64,000 bases of DNA from Escherichia phage vB_EcoM_LNA6. Below are positions 30,259 through 40,154 of the stretch, one piece after another. The stretch lies in the sequence record OM630585.1. One strand, 5' to 3'. A program made the position numbers and the translations under genes. Positions within the stretch are counted from its first letter, which is position 1, and each line of letters begins with the position of its first letter. The notes below the pieces were generated by a model. The model saw only the letters and a program-made list of their open reading frames with translations. It had not been told where the DNA came from and made no database searches.

Positions 30259-31099
30259 AGGAACTCATGAAGAGGAGTTTAACATCATCCAATTTCCTTC
30301 TGGTGAGATTGGTGGACACTTTTCGCCAGAGTTTGTTGATTTCACTGCTTATGCAGCATCATCCATCAACAATGTGATTATGATTGTAAAAGGTTATGAT
30401 AAGGATACATTGTTTGCTGTTGCACTTGCTAAAGAAGCAATTGATGATTTAGTCCCTCATGACTATGCCTTAAAGACTGTCATCTTTTACTACTTACCAA
30501 ATGCACGTTATGACCGTCACATGTTTAAAGGTGACGCAGCAGCTTTAAAGGTTTTTGCTAAACAGGTAAATGCAATGGGATTTGGTGCAGTCTGTGCAGT
30601 TGACCCTCACAGTTACGTTCCAGATAACCTGTTTAACTGCTTCCAGAGTATTCCTCAAAAGGAGATTGCAGTTCACTACGCAAATGACCCACTGATTGAT
30701 TACTTAGTAGCCCCAGATGCAGGTGCTTCTAAGAAGATTGCAGAGACTGCTAAAGAGGTGGATAAACCATACATCACAATGTCTAAAGTACGCAACCTCA
30801 AGACTGGTGAAATTACTGGTATGCGAATCCTTGACGATGTTGATTTGACAGATAAAACCGTCATGATTCTTGATGATATCTGTGATGGTGGTCGAACCTT
30901 CGTAGAGGCAGCTAAACACCTACGTGAAGCAGGTGCAAAACGTGTTGAGCTTTATGTAACACATGGTATCTTCTCTAAAGGTGTTGAAAACCTTCTTGAC
31001 AACGGTATCGACCATATTTACACTACAAACTCTTTAGGCGAAGCTAAAGACCGTGGCTTAACACATTATAGTCAAGTTACTGTAGCAAATTTGGATTAG
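30218..31099 (+). CDS. ribose-phosphate pyrophosphokinase-like protein (candidate ADP-ribose pyrophosphokinase Adps)
   Basis: About 293 aa; type I phosphoribosyltransferase motif MILDDICDGGRT; Prs-like size; next to NadV homolog. Confidence 0.7.
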   Translation: MKTSIRVTVHSPTKGTHEEEFNIIQFPSGEIGGHFSPEFVDFTAYAASSINNVIMIVKGYDKDTLFAVALAKEAIDDLVPHDYALKTVIFYYLPNARYDRHMFKGDAAALKVFAKQVNAMGFGAVCAVDPHSYVPDNLFNCFQSIPQKEIAVHYANDPLIDYLVAPDAGASKKIAETAKEVDKPYITMSKVRNLKTGEITGMRILDDVDLTDKTVMILDDICDGGRTFVEAAKHLREAGAKRVELYVTHGIFSKGVENLLDNGIDHIYTTNSLGEAKDRGLTHYSQVTVANLD

Positions 31100-31107
31100 G
31101 TATTAAA

Positions 31108-31599
31108 ATGGATAAGGGTTACTTCGAAAAATACCTAATATACGAACCGGAGACAGGTTTACTAATTTGGAAAGTAACCCTTTGCAATACCGCTATTGCT
31201 GGTAATGTTGCTGGCACAAGGTCTAAGAAGGGTTATATCCAAGTCCAGATAAATAAGAAGAGGTACTATGCACATAATATTGCATGGATTATGTCTGGAG
31301 GTGAGATACCAAGTGGATATGAGATAGACCACATAGACCTTGATAAATCTAATAATAAGTTGGAGAATTTAAGACTTAGCACAAAGTCACAAAATCAGAG
31401 GAATAGGGGTATATACAAGAATAATAAAACTGGTGTGAAGGGTGTAAGTTTTTGTAAACAAACAGGTCTTTACAAAGCAAGAGTCATGCTTTACCATAAA
31501 GAATACTTTTGTGGAAGATTTAAAACGGTAGAAGAAGCAAAAGAAGCTGTAATTAAAAAGCGAATAGAACTTCATGGTGAGTTTGCAAGACATAACTAA
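31108..31599 (+). CDS. HNH homing endonuclease with AP2-like domain
   Basis: YAHNIAWIMSG...IDHID HNH core and TGVKGVSFCKQTGLYKARV AP2-type motif; inserted between Prs-like and NadV-like genes. Confidence 0.7.
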   Translation: MDKGYFEKYLIYEPETGLLIWKVTLCNTAIAGNVAGTRSKKGYIQVQINKKRYYAHNIAWIMSGGEIPSGYEIDHIDLDKSNNKLENLRLSTKSQNQRNRGIYKNNKTGVKGVSFCKQTGLYKARVMLYHKEYFCGRFKTVEEAKEAVIKKRIELHGEFARHN

Positions 31600-31613
31600 G
31601 AGAGAGATAAAAT

Positions 31614-33395
31614 ATGAGTAAGTCACTTTACGCAGTACCAGCAGGTCTTAATGCAGATGCTTACAAGGCATCACATATATATCAGTATCCAGATGCTACG
31701 CAATATCTTATGTTGAACCTGACACCACGTAGTGACAAATGGTTTAACAGCCCCTTAGCAATTGATGGTGTAGTAGCTTTTGGTATTCAACGTTTCGTTA
31801 AAGATTACTTGATAGACCACTGGAACGCCACTTTCTTTGAACGTGATAAAAAAGAAGCCATTGATGAAATCTTAGAAGTCATGAACGGTGTTCTGGGCAA
31901 AGATGCTATTGGTCGAGAGCATTGGGAAGCACTTCACGACTTAGGTTATCTGCCAGTCGAAGTATACGCTGTAGAAGAAGGCACAGTTGTTCCGATGCGT
32001 GTCCCAATGATTGCCTTCCAGAACACTGTTTCAGGATTCCATTGGGTAGCAGGTTATCTGGAAGATGCTTTCTCTGCTGAGATTTGGAAGGCTTGCACTA
32101 TTGCGACTATTGCATTGCACTACAAACGTATCTGTAAGAAGTGGGCTGACCTTACTTGCGACAATGAATTACATTTACCTTATCAGTGCCATGACTTTGC
32201 TATGCGTGGTATGTCCGGCTTTACCGATGACGCATTTAATGCTGTAGGTCACTTAACCAGCTTTAAAGGAACTGATAGCTTCCCTGCTGTATACACGGCT
32301 AAACGCATCTATGGACAGTCTTACCCAATTTCTGATATTGGTAGTTCTGTACCAGCCACTGAACACTCTGTAATGTGTGCAAATATTGCTTGGGAAGGTG
32401 GTAATGAATTGATTGAAGAAGAAAGACGCTTTAAAGGTGAGTTGCAAACCTTCCGTCGTTTCTTAACAGAAACTTACCCAACTGGTATTGCAAGCATTGT
32501 GTCAGATACTTATAACTTCTGGAGAACTGTGTCAGAAATCTTACCAGCACTCCGTAAAGAAATTATGGAACGTGACGGTAAGCTGGTAATTCGCCCTGAC
32601 TCTGGAGACCCTGTACATATTGTCACAGGTTATAAAGCAATCCACTTAGAGTGTGCTAAAAAGGCTTATTACGAGCACCTAAGCAAGCTGGAAGCTAGTG
32701 ATACAATGCTGAACTCTGTTCTGAACATGAAGCTTGAAAACATCAACTATGGTATTGCTGGATGGCTACTGTCAGAAGGCTACGAAATGGTTGTTGACCG
32801 AGAAGACTTTGAAGTTGCTGATACAGTGATGTTGAAAAATGCTTATATGGTTGGTTCTGCAAACGTTGTAACACGTCCTGTAGCAGAGATTGATGGAGCT
32901 ATTAAGACCCTGTATAACATCTTCGGAGGAACTATCAACTCTAAAGGTTTTAAGGTACTGGATGAGCACATTGGACTTATCTATGGTGACTCTATCACAC
33001 TGGAACGTGCAAACGAAATCCTGAAGCGTCTGTATGAAATGGGTTTTGCAAGCTCTAACGTAGTGTTTGGCGTAGGCTCTTACACTTACCAGTACATGAC
33101 TCGTGACACCTTTGCATTTGCTGTTAAAGCAACTCTTGCAAGCATTGGTGGTAAAGAGATTATGCTTGCAAAAGACCCTAAAACAGATAGTGGTGTGAAG
33201 AAGTCTGCCTTTGGTGGTGTAGCACCTATGTGGGATGGTGATAAGCTGAAAGCTGTAGATGGCTATGGGTTCCAGAGCTTTGCAGATGCACTTGAACATC
33301 CAGCTTGTGCTCTACGCTTAGTCTTTAGTGATTCTGAGCAGTATGGTTACACATCTCTTGGTGATATTCGAAATAATATTGACAAACAGCTTTAA
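31614..33395 (+). CDS. nicotinamide phosphoribosyltransferase family protein (NadV/Namat-like)
   Basis: 593 aa; N-terminal YKASHIYQYP and overall Nampt/NadV architecture. Confidence 0.8.
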   Translation: MSKSLYAVPAGLNADAYKASHIYQYPDATQYLMLNLTPRSDKWFNSPLAIDGVVAFGIQRFVKDYLIDHWNATFFERDKKEAIDEILEVMNGVLGKDAIGREHWEALHDLGYLPVEVYAVEEGTVVPMRVPMIAFQNTVSGFHWVAGYLEDAFSAEIWKACTIATIALHYKRICKKWADLTCDNELHLPYQCHDFAMRGMSGFTDDAFNAVGHLTSFKGTDSFPAVYTAKRIYGQSYPISDIGSSVPATEHSVMCANIAWEGGNELIEEERRFKGELQTFRRFLTETYPTGIASIVSDTYNFWRTVSEILPALRKEIMERDGKLVIRPDSGDPVHIVTGYKAIHLECAKKAYYEHLSKLEASDTMLNSVLNMKLENINYGIAGWLLSEGYEMVVDREDFEVADTVMLKNAYMVGSANVVTRPVAEIDGAIKTLYNIFGGTINSKGFKVLDEHIGLIYGDSITLERANEILKRLYEMGFASSNVVFGVGSYTYQYMTRDTFAFAVKATLASIGGKEIMLAKDPKTDSGVKKSAFGGVAPMWDGDKLKAVDGYGFQSFADALEHPACALRLVFSDSEQYGYTSLGDIRNNIDKQL

Positions 33396-33398
33396 AAG

Positions 33399-33421
33399 TA
33401 TATGATAAGAGGCTCCTACGG
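33399..33421 (+). terminator. intrinsic terminator
   Basis: gaggctccTACGggagcctc hairpin + TTTTT after NadV-like gene. Confidence 0.6.
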
Positions 33422-33448
33422 GAGCCTTTTTAATTTCTGGAGAAGACT

Positions 33449-33784
33449 ATGAAAATCAAAGAAATGAACATTAACGTTGTCCTAGAAGAACGTTGGGAGA
33501 ACATTAAGAAACCTGAAGATGGTAAAAAGTTCCTTAACAAAATTTTAGTAGCAGCTAAAGAAGAACTGACTGGCAAGATTGCAGCAGCAATCACAATAAA
33601 AATCTGTGTAAAAGGTCTTCCACAACATCACCAATTTGCACTTGACGAGTTTAAAGAAAGCTTCTACAATCCAAACAAACAGATGCTTGAAAGTAACTTT
33701 GCAGTGTCTACAAGTATCGTCCATGACAGAAGCTTTATCCTTTACAAGAATATGAGAGGTGAGTCATGCAAGCATATTGGATAG
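33449..33784 (+). CDS. hypothetical protein
   Basis: 111 aa ORF. Confidence 0.4.
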   Translation: MKIKEMNINVVLEERWENIKKPEDGKKFLNKILVAAKEELTGKIAAAITIKICVKGLPQHHQFALDEFKESFYNPNKQMLESNFAVSTSIVHDRSFILYKNMRGESCKHIG

Positions 33785-33942
33785 AAATTTTACTGTCACT
33801 TGGTAGTGTAGCAGTATTTGTTTACCTTCTTTGCAAGTACTATGCAGAGCACAAGAAGTGTGACTACTGTAACGGAGAAGGGTACACAAGAGCAGGCTGT
33901 TGCCCTATGTGTGGTGGTTCTGGTAAAATGTTTAATAAGTAA
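33766..33942 (+). CDS. small membrane-anchored protein with DnaJ-type zinc finger (CxxCxGxG x2)
   Basis: 58 aa; N-terminal hydrophobic helix then CDYCNGEG...CPMCGGSG; below ORF-track cutoff, read manually. Confidence 0.35.
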   Translation: MQAYWIEILLSLGSVAVFVYLLCKYYAEHKKCDYCNGEGYTRAGCCPMCGGSGKMFNK

Positions 33943-33970
33943 TTTAACAGTAAACTAAGAGGAAAGTATT

Positions 33971-36337
33971 ATGCGCATGGTAAATGACCACGCAGAAGTG
34001 ATTAAGAGTTCAACTTCTTTGGAGACATCTCAAGCACAGATTACAATGACACCTGAAATGTTCAGCCTTCTGAGTTCTGGTGTATACACATTCAAAGAAA
34101 GGGCAGTGATTCGTGAACTGTCATGTAATGCAGTAGATGCTCAGAAAGAAGCTGGAAAAGAGAACATCCCATTCCATGTGCATTTACCTACTCGATTTGA
34201 GCCTTACTTTGAAGTCCGTGACTTTGGAACTGGTTTAACCCATGACAAAGTAATGAGTTTGTACCTGAACTATGGGGCTTCTACGAAGAATGACTCTAAT
34301 GATTACATTGGTGCAATGGGTATCGGCTCAAAATCACCATTTGCAATTGCTCAGTCATTCACAGTGTCTAGCTATGTTGATGGTGTTGTTAATAAGTACT
34401 CTGTTTACCTTGAGAATGGTATACCTCAAGTAACTAAGCTTACTACTAACCCAACAAATGAACCCAATGGTTTAGCTGTACGTGTGGCAGTTGCTGACCA
34501 CCGTATTTCAAAGTTCTTTGAAGAGGCTGGTCATGTATACTCATACTTTGCTGTAAAACCAGAAAGTAACATTGTATATGATGATGTGTTAGCAGATATG
34601 AACGTCATTGCTCGTGAAGAAGGTGTTTATGATGCCATGATTCATAAGCAAAGCTGGCGTTCTAGTGGTAACAGGACAGAGTTTAATGTGGTGATGGGTA
34701 ATATTGCCTACCCTGTTAACATGGAAGCATTACTTGGTGATGATTTCTTCAAAATCTTGCCAGAATTTTTCCGTAGGAGCGTAGACCTTGTAAACATCTA
34801 CATGCCTATTGGTTCAGTTGCTATTGCAGCTTCTCGTGAAGCATTACAGATGAATGACACGACAAAAAATGTTATCATTGAGGCTACTAAAAAGATAACT
34901 GAAGCCATTACAAAGGATGTTATCAAGAAAGTTAATAGCCAACCTACACTCATGGATGCCGCACAGGCTTATGCTGAGTTACGTTTGAACTCACGAGAGA
35001 TGTTTAATGCTGTGTGTCCAAAGCTAGAGTGGGGTGGCGTTAAGCTTGATTCTCTGGAAGAAGAATTGCTAAACATTCGTCGTGGAATTATCTACGCAGA
35101 AGACGGCTCAGTTATTTATGAACGTGACGGCAAAGGTAATATTAAGGTTGATAGGAACGGGAACAATATCCCTAAAGTAGATTATCTTTATGACCCAGTT
35201 GCTTATGTCAAGTTCAACTCTTTAGAGAGTAAGATTCGTGCAACATCGCTTTCCTACACTCAAGAGGCAAGTATGTTCAATATCTTTGGTGCAATGCGTA
35301 AAAGCCAAATTGAACAGTTTTTGTTTGTTATAAATGACCGTCGCAATAAAAATGGTACTGAGAAGACTGTAGGACGCAATCAGATTCTGCGTGGTGCATG
35401 TCGAGACTATGCCAGCGAGTCAAGCCTGTTTCACAGATATAATGGTATTGTCTTTGTATTCTCTACAGAGAAAGAGCTAGATGACTTAATCAATCTGCGC
35501 AAACTTGATAAGAGCTTGTTAAAGATTGTGAAGATGTCTGATAAGGAACACCATTATCAGCGTAAAGAAGCTGTGAGAGGTGTTGTAAAACTCTGGAAAG
35601 CTGTTCCAGCAGAAGGTGTAGCCTCATACACAGAGGTGTCAGAAGACTTAGACACGATTGAAGAGCCTCAGCTTTATATTAAGGCAGTAGGTGACACAGT
35701 TGATGGCGAATGTTTTTGCTCATCTCCAGATGATGTAGCTAAGTCAGTTGCCAATGTCATTGGAAAGACAGTCTATGTTTTCCGAAAAGCAAATTGGAAA
35801 AAGATACCAGAAGACTGGATTGAAGTAGATGAGAAGCTCTTGAACGACAGCTTAACTGATGTTCATTGGATTAATCATAACAGGTATATGACACGCGTCT
35901 GTATGCGTGGTGTCCTAGACCTTACAAGCTGTTGGATTATTACCAGAAACTTTACGTTCAATAACAGGAAGATTTCTGATGGTTATTGCTATTCACGGGA
36001 TACAAACAAAACTATCTTCCTAGAAGGTAATGAAGATGCTGTTGAGGCAATGTTCGGTAAAATCCAATACATTGCTGCACAATTTGCATACACTTACACT
36101 ATTAGTGTGTTGCAAGATTTGAAAAGGTGTCTTGATAATGATACAAAACTTTACAAGAAAATTAAGAAAGCTGGTGACCGTATGTTTATTAAGGTAACAA
36201 ACTACTTCTCAAAAAGAAAACAAGAAAACTTCTTGCTTTCTCATCTAGATTGGAATAAAGTGTCACCCGTCGAAGTAAGTAAGTTCTTAGGCTTTGATGT
36301 GAAGTGTGTTCCAGAAGGAACTACAATTTACGATTAA
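33971..36337 (+). CDS. rIIA: rIIA-like protein (GHKL ATPase domain)
   Basis: 788 aa; VIRELSCNAVDA (N-box), RDFGTGL and GAMGIGSKSPF resemble T4 rIIA ATPase motifs (from memory). Confidence 0.75.
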   Translation: MRMVNDHAEVIKSSTSLETSQAQITMTPEMFSLLSSGVYTFKERAVIRELSCNAVDAQKEAGKENIPFHVHLPTRFEPYFEVRDFGTGLTHDKVMSLYLNYGASTKNDSNDYIGAMGIGSKSPFAIAQSFTVSSYVDGVVNKYSVYLENGIPQVTKLTTNPTNEPNGLAVRVAVADHRISKFFEEAGHVYSYFAVKPESNIVYDDVLADMNVIAREEGVYDAMIHKQSWRSSGNRTEFNVVMGNIAYPVNMEALLGDDFFKILPEFFRRSVDLVNIYMPIGSVAIAASREALQMNDTTKNVIIEATKKITEAITKDVIKKVNSQPTLMDAAQAYAELRLNSREMFNAVCPKLEWGGVKLDSLEEELLNIRRGIIYAEDGSVIYERDGKGNIKVDRNGNNIPKVDYLYDPVAYVKFNSLESKIRATSLSYTQEASMFNIFGAMRKSQIEQFLFVINDRRNKNGTEKTVGRNQILRGACRDYASESSLFHRYNGIVFVFSTEKELDDLINLRKLDKSLLKIVKMSDKEHHYQRKEAVRGVVKLWKAVPAEGVASYTEVSEDLDTIEEPQLYIKAVGDTVDGECFCSSPDDVAKSVANVIGKTVYVFRKANWKKIPEDWIEVDEKLLNDSLTDVHWINHNRYMTRVCMRGVLDLTSCWIITRNFTFNNRKISDGYCYSRDTNKTIFLEGNEDAVEAMFGKIQYIAAQFAYTYTISVLQDLKRCLDNDTKLYKKIKKAGDRMFIKVTNYFSKRKQENFLLSHLDWNKVSPVEVSKFLGFDVKCVPEGTTIYD

Positions 36338-36416
36338 AGTGTTTGACAAGGGGCTTCGAAGCCCCTTAGAATAGCCTTACAAAATGATTTATTAACTAAC
36401 AAGAGAGAGTAATAAG

Positions 36417-37526
36417 ATGACTACTAAAACTAAAGCACAGATTGACGCAGAAATTTACGAACTGGTTAAAGAAGGTAAGCTGACTAAAACAGCTATTGCA
36501 CAGAAGTTCAATACTTCAACCCGTTCAGTTGGTCGTGCTGTAGAGCGTCATGAAGCAACCTTAAAAGGTAAGAAAAAGGTAGCTTCTAAACCAGCTACGA
36601 AGACTTTGAAGCAAGTTGCTAAATCAGTTAAAAAGAAAGCTGACAAACCAGTTGAAAAGGTTGTTAAAGAGCCTGTACAGAAAGCTCCGGTAAATAAACT
36701 GCATGAAGCTATGCAGAATGGCAACCAGATTGAGTACATGATTACTGGCGACTCTGTTATCATGACTTTCGGTGCAGATTCTGAAATCGTTGAATCTACC
36801 CATCCGAACTACAAAGAAATCGTGATGGCTGTTGTATCCGGTGAGTATAAGAAAGCTTTCGAACTGATGAACATTCGTAAGTCTATCGAAAACTTCACTC
36901 AGGGTGCTATCACCATCAAAGGTGACAAGTTATTCTACGGTGCTGTTGAGATGCGTTCTACTCTGGTTGACCGTATTCTTCACATGATGAAGACTGGAGA
37001 TAAGGGTTTTGAACGCCTTGTGATGTTCTTCGAAAAACTGATGGAAAACCCATCTAAAGATTCTGTAGAACAACTTTGGGGATTCGTATCTCACCTTGAT
37101 GTTGAAATTGATGAAGAAGGCTACATCATTGGTTGGAAGAAAGTCTCTACTCGTGAAGGCAAGCTGGTTGACTCCCACACCTACAGAGTACCTAATGATT
37201 TGGGTAACATTGTAGAAATGCCACGTTGGATGGTTGATAATAACCGTAACGTGACTTGCTCTCAAGGTCTTCACGTTGGTGCTTGGGATTACGTTCGTTG
37301 CTTCTCAGGTGATACAATCCTGAAGGTTCGTGTCCATCCACGAGATGTTGTATCTGTTCCAACTGATTACAACGATATGAAGATGCGTTCGTCTCGTTAT
37401 GAAGTTGCAGCAATCGTTGATAATCAACGTAAAGTGCTGAAAGAATGGGATGGCAAGACTGAAGCTTTGCATGTCATCGTTGGTACTGCTGGAGAACTTA
37501 TCTCTCAACGTAAACGTGAAATCTAA
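36417..37526 (+). CDS. rIIB: rIIB-like protein
   Basis: 369 aa directly after rIIA; LFYGAVEMRSTLVDRIL and VHPRDVVSVPTDYNDMKMR resemble T4 rIIB (from memory). Confidence 0.65.
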   Translation: MTTKTKAQIDAEIYELVKEGKLTKTAIAQKFNTSTRSVGRAVERHEATLKGKKKVASKPATKTLKQVAKSVKKKADKPVEKVVKEPVQKAPVNKLHEAMQNGNQIEYMITGDSVIMTFGADSEIVESTHPNYKEIVMAVVSGEYKKAFELMNIRKSIENFTQGAITIKGDKLFYGAVEMRSTLVDRILHMMKTGDKGFERLVMFFEKLMENPSKDSVEQLWGFVSHLDVEIDEEGYIIGWKKVSTREGKLVDSHTYRVPNDLGNIVEMPRWMVDNNRNVTCSQGLHVGAWDYVRCFSGDTILKVRVHPRDVVSVPTDYNDMKMRSSRYEVAAIVDNQRKVLKEWDGKTEALHVIVGTAGELISQRKREI

Positions 37527-37533
37527 TAAATAA

Positions 37534-37557
37534 CTTCTTAAAAGGCTGCTTCGGCGG
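37534..37557 (+). terminator. intrinsic terminator
   Basis: ggctgcTTCGgcggcc hairpin + TTTTTT after rIIB. Confidence 0.6.
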
Positions 37558-37626
37558 CCTTTTTTATTTGTATTTTGTGCAGAGTGCTGTATAATTGTTG
37601 TCACGATAAACTAAACAGGAGAACCA

Positions 37627-38175
37627 ATGAAGAAATTGATTCTAGGTTTGTGCTTAATGTTTACAGCACACTTATCTTATGCAGTTGACTGCCCAGAGCT
37701 ATCAATTAGCCAAAAAGTAAACATGTTAAAAGCTTACCAGTATGGTGAGAATAACATGGGCAAAGGTTGGGGTATCACTCTAGCTGCTATAGCCTTACAA
37801 GAGTCAGAGTTAGGTCTGAAGGTAGAGAATAAAAAGACACATGATTATGGTATTTTCCAGAATCACTTGAAGACTGTTGTAAAGCGTAACAAAATTAGTC
37901 CTAATGTGGCTAAAAAGAAACTCTTAAAAGACTTTGACTATGCTGCGAAGGAAACGCACAAAGAGCTTGAGTTTTGGACAAAGGTGCATGGTCAGCCAAA
38001 GTCAAAGAAGACTTTACAAAAAGTTTTAGCATCATATAATGCTGGGTATTCGTACAGAATCCCTAAAGCTAAGAAATACTCTCAAGATGTCTATAACAAT
38101 ATGAAAGTTATCGCTCAATGTGAATTTGCAACAAACATTTCTAAGGTAAATCATGAAAAAATTAAGAAAGTCTGA
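37627..38175 (+). CDS. secreted lytic transglycosylase-like protein (putative)
   Basis: Signal peptide; QESELG...YGIFQN resembles SLT catalytic Glu/GLMQ region. Confidence 0.4.
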   Translation: MKKLILGLCLMFTAHLSYAVDCPELSISQKVNMLKAYQYGENNMGKGWGITLAAIALQESELGLKVENKKTHDYGIFQNHLKTVVKRNKISPNVAKKKLLKDFDYAAKETHKELEFWTKVHGQPKSKKTLQKVLASYNAGYSYRIPKAKKYSQDVYNNMKVIAQCEFATNISKVNHEKIKKV

Positions 38176-38848
38176 TGAAGTCCTGTGTCATGCTTATGAC
38201 TTGCATCCTCATGAGTTTGGTCTTGATTCCTGTGTATGGACTCCAGAACAGTGCAGGGATTTTGAAGACACTGCAAGAGAAGTTGTATGTTCACTTGAAG
38301 ATTTCCACACCTCAGAACCAATTGTGAATGTTGTAGATAAAGAGACTGGACAAACTATAGGTGTAAGTCGTGATAGCTTAGTCATAGTCAATAAAGACCT
38401 TGTAGAAAAAGGTAACCTCATCTTAGCAGATATTGATGGTGTTCTTACAAATTTTAATCACGAAGATTGCTCAACGGAATTGACTGATGGGTCATTCTCA
38501 CAGTACACTAATCTTCTTGACTCTGTAAGAGCAAAACCAACGTATGTCTTTAGTATTATTGATGCAATTGCTAATCATGCTGCCATTGGACTCTTGACAG
38601 CGAGAGGTGAATCTCAGAGAATACCTACTGAGATGTTTTTAAGGCACAACATAGAGCATGACTACATGCTTTTTATGCGTGGTTTTGGAACTAACTCTAT
38701 AAGTGCAGAAAGTTTGAAAGTGAGGATGATTCAGTCTTGCATCCTGCCTTACTTTAATATAGTATGTTTTATAGAAGACACAGAGAAGAATGTGCAGAAG
38801 GTGAACAGAATCCTTCCACACATTAAAACCATGTTAGTTAAACATTGA
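38153..38848 (+). CDS. hypothetical protein
   Basis: 231 aa ORF. Confidence 0.4.
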   Translation: MKKLRKSDEVLCHAYDLHPHEFGLDSCVWTPEQCRDFEDTAREVVCSLEDFHTSEPIVNVVDKETGQTIGVSRDSLVIVNKDLVEKGNLILADIDGVLTNFNHEDCSTELTDGSFSQYTNLLDSVRAKPTYVFSIIDAIANHAAIGLLTARGESQRIPTEMFLRHNIEHDYMLFMRGFGTNSISAESLKVRMIQSCILPYFNIVCFIEDTEKNVQKVNRILPHIKTMLVKH

Positions 38849-38858
38849 GAGAAAACTT

Positions 38859-39323
38859 ATGAACAATATCATTACGGTAGCACTGGACGATACGGTAAAC
38901 AAATCTGCAATAGTTCGTAAAATGATTCAAGGTAACTTTGAAGGTAAAATTTTTCGTGCTGTTAATGTAAAAGCTGATGGCAGCATTCGTGAATATCGTG
39001 CATTATTGAATGTTAAAAAACACGTAAAAGGTGCTGGTTCAACTACTGCACACAAAGAAAACCTGATGACTATCTATGATATGGGCAAGGCTTCAGAGTT
39101 AGGTGCTGAAGGTATCGTTAAAGAAGGTGCTCCGTATCGCTCTTTCAATCTGGAAACTACTCTTATGCTTTCCTTTACAAGTGGTTCTAAAACAATCACT
39201 TATCTCTTTACTGATGCTGCAACGGTATCTGCTATTAAGGATAGCACTGTCAAAGCTGGCGTAGTTGCTGCTGCAAAAGCTTCTTCGATGGCTGCGAATA
39301 TCCTTGCTAAAGTCCTCGGTTAA
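38859..39323 (+). CDS. hypothetical protein
   Basis: 154 aa ORF followed by intrinsic terminator. Confidence 0.4.
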   Translation: MNNIITVALDDTVNKSAIVRKMIQGNFEGKIFRAVNVKADGSIREYRALLNVKKHVKGAGSTTAHKENLMTIYDMGKASELGAEGIVKEGAPYRSFNLETTLMLSFTSGSKTITYLFTDAATVSAIKDSTVKAGVVAAAKASSMAANILAKVLG

Positions 39324-39335
39324 GGTTAAGATACA

Positions 39336-39356
39336 GGCTCCTTCGGGAGCCTTTTT
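39336..39356 (+). terminator. intrinsic terminator
   Basis: ggctccTTCGggagcc hairpin + TTTTT. Confidence 0.6.
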
Positions 39357-39375
39357 CATTTTAGGAGATTGTTAA

Positions 39376-39723
39376 ATGACATTTAAAGAGTTCTGTCAAG
39401 CCACTTTCATAATTGTTTTCTTAGTTGGGGCAGGTGTCTGGGGGGGATACTCTTACAGAGACTATCAAGTTGCTGAAACTGAGCTAAATAATCAAAAGCT
39501 CATAAGTGTTGCTAAAGATGCTTATCAGGAAGGATTAGCCACACTCAGCACCAATTACAAAAATGATTTGAAAGATGTGCTTGCTAAGAATAAGCACACA
39601 AAAGAGGTACTAACATATGAAAAAACTAAGCCAGAGTTTTATAATGTTTGTGTTACTGATAACTATGTCAGGGTGTTCAACGAACAAAGTGAGCAGTACA
39701 TTCAAAAACTCCCAAGTAAGTGA
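39376..39723 (+). CDS. i-spanin-like protein (putative)
   Basis: N-terminal transmembrane helix then charged coiled-coil region; overlapped by lipoprotein ORF in another frame. Confidence 0.4.
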   Translation: MTFKEFCQATFIIVFLVGAGVWGGYSYRDYQVAETELNNQKLISVAKDAYQEGLATLSTNYKNDLKDVLAKNKHTKEVLTYEKTKPEFYNVCVTDNYVRVFNEQSEQYIQKLPSK

Positions 39724-39886
39724 GAGTGATAAGTACACTCAAGAAGAATCACGGTATATCATCAAAGGTAACACAGGCAGTGATGTAGCAGCAGCCCTTG
39801 AGTTCTATCGTGACGGCTTTTACCAGTGTACAATCAAAGCTAATAACCTTATTGACATGATTTTATTAGGGAATAAGCAGCAATGA
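39617..39886 (+). CDS. o-spanin-like lipoprotein (putative)
   Basis: 89 aa; signal peptide with lipobox-like TMSGC; embedded in 3' end of preceding gene. Confidence 0.4.
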   Translation: MKKLSQSFIMFVLLITMSGCSTNKVSSTFKNSQVSESDKYTQEESRYIIKGNTGSDVAAALEFYRDGFYQCTIKANNLIDMILLGNKQQ

Positions 39887-40152
39887 CAGAGAATCAAGAT
39901 ACTTTTTACGTAGAAGGGTACTTACTGTTACCACGACCAAAAGAGACTTATATGCGAATTGATTTCTCACCAACCATTATGGATAATGTGATGTGCCATA
40001 TCTTTATGCAAGGTGTCACAGCACAGCTTAAACATGTTGGTAAAGAGTGCAAAATAAAGGTTGACACTCATCCAGAAATCAAAGAGAATCACTACACATG
40101 GTTCTTACCAGATTCTAAAGAAATCTTAGCAGTTCTTAAAACGAGGAAGTAA
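39883..40152 (+). CDS. hypothetical protein
   Basis: 89 aa ORF. Confidence 0.35.
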   Translation: MTENQDTFYVEGYLLLPRPKETYMRIDFSPTIMDNVMCHIFMQGVTAQLKHVGKECKIKVDTHPEIKENHYTWFLPDSKEILAVLKTRK

Positions 40153-40154
40153 CT

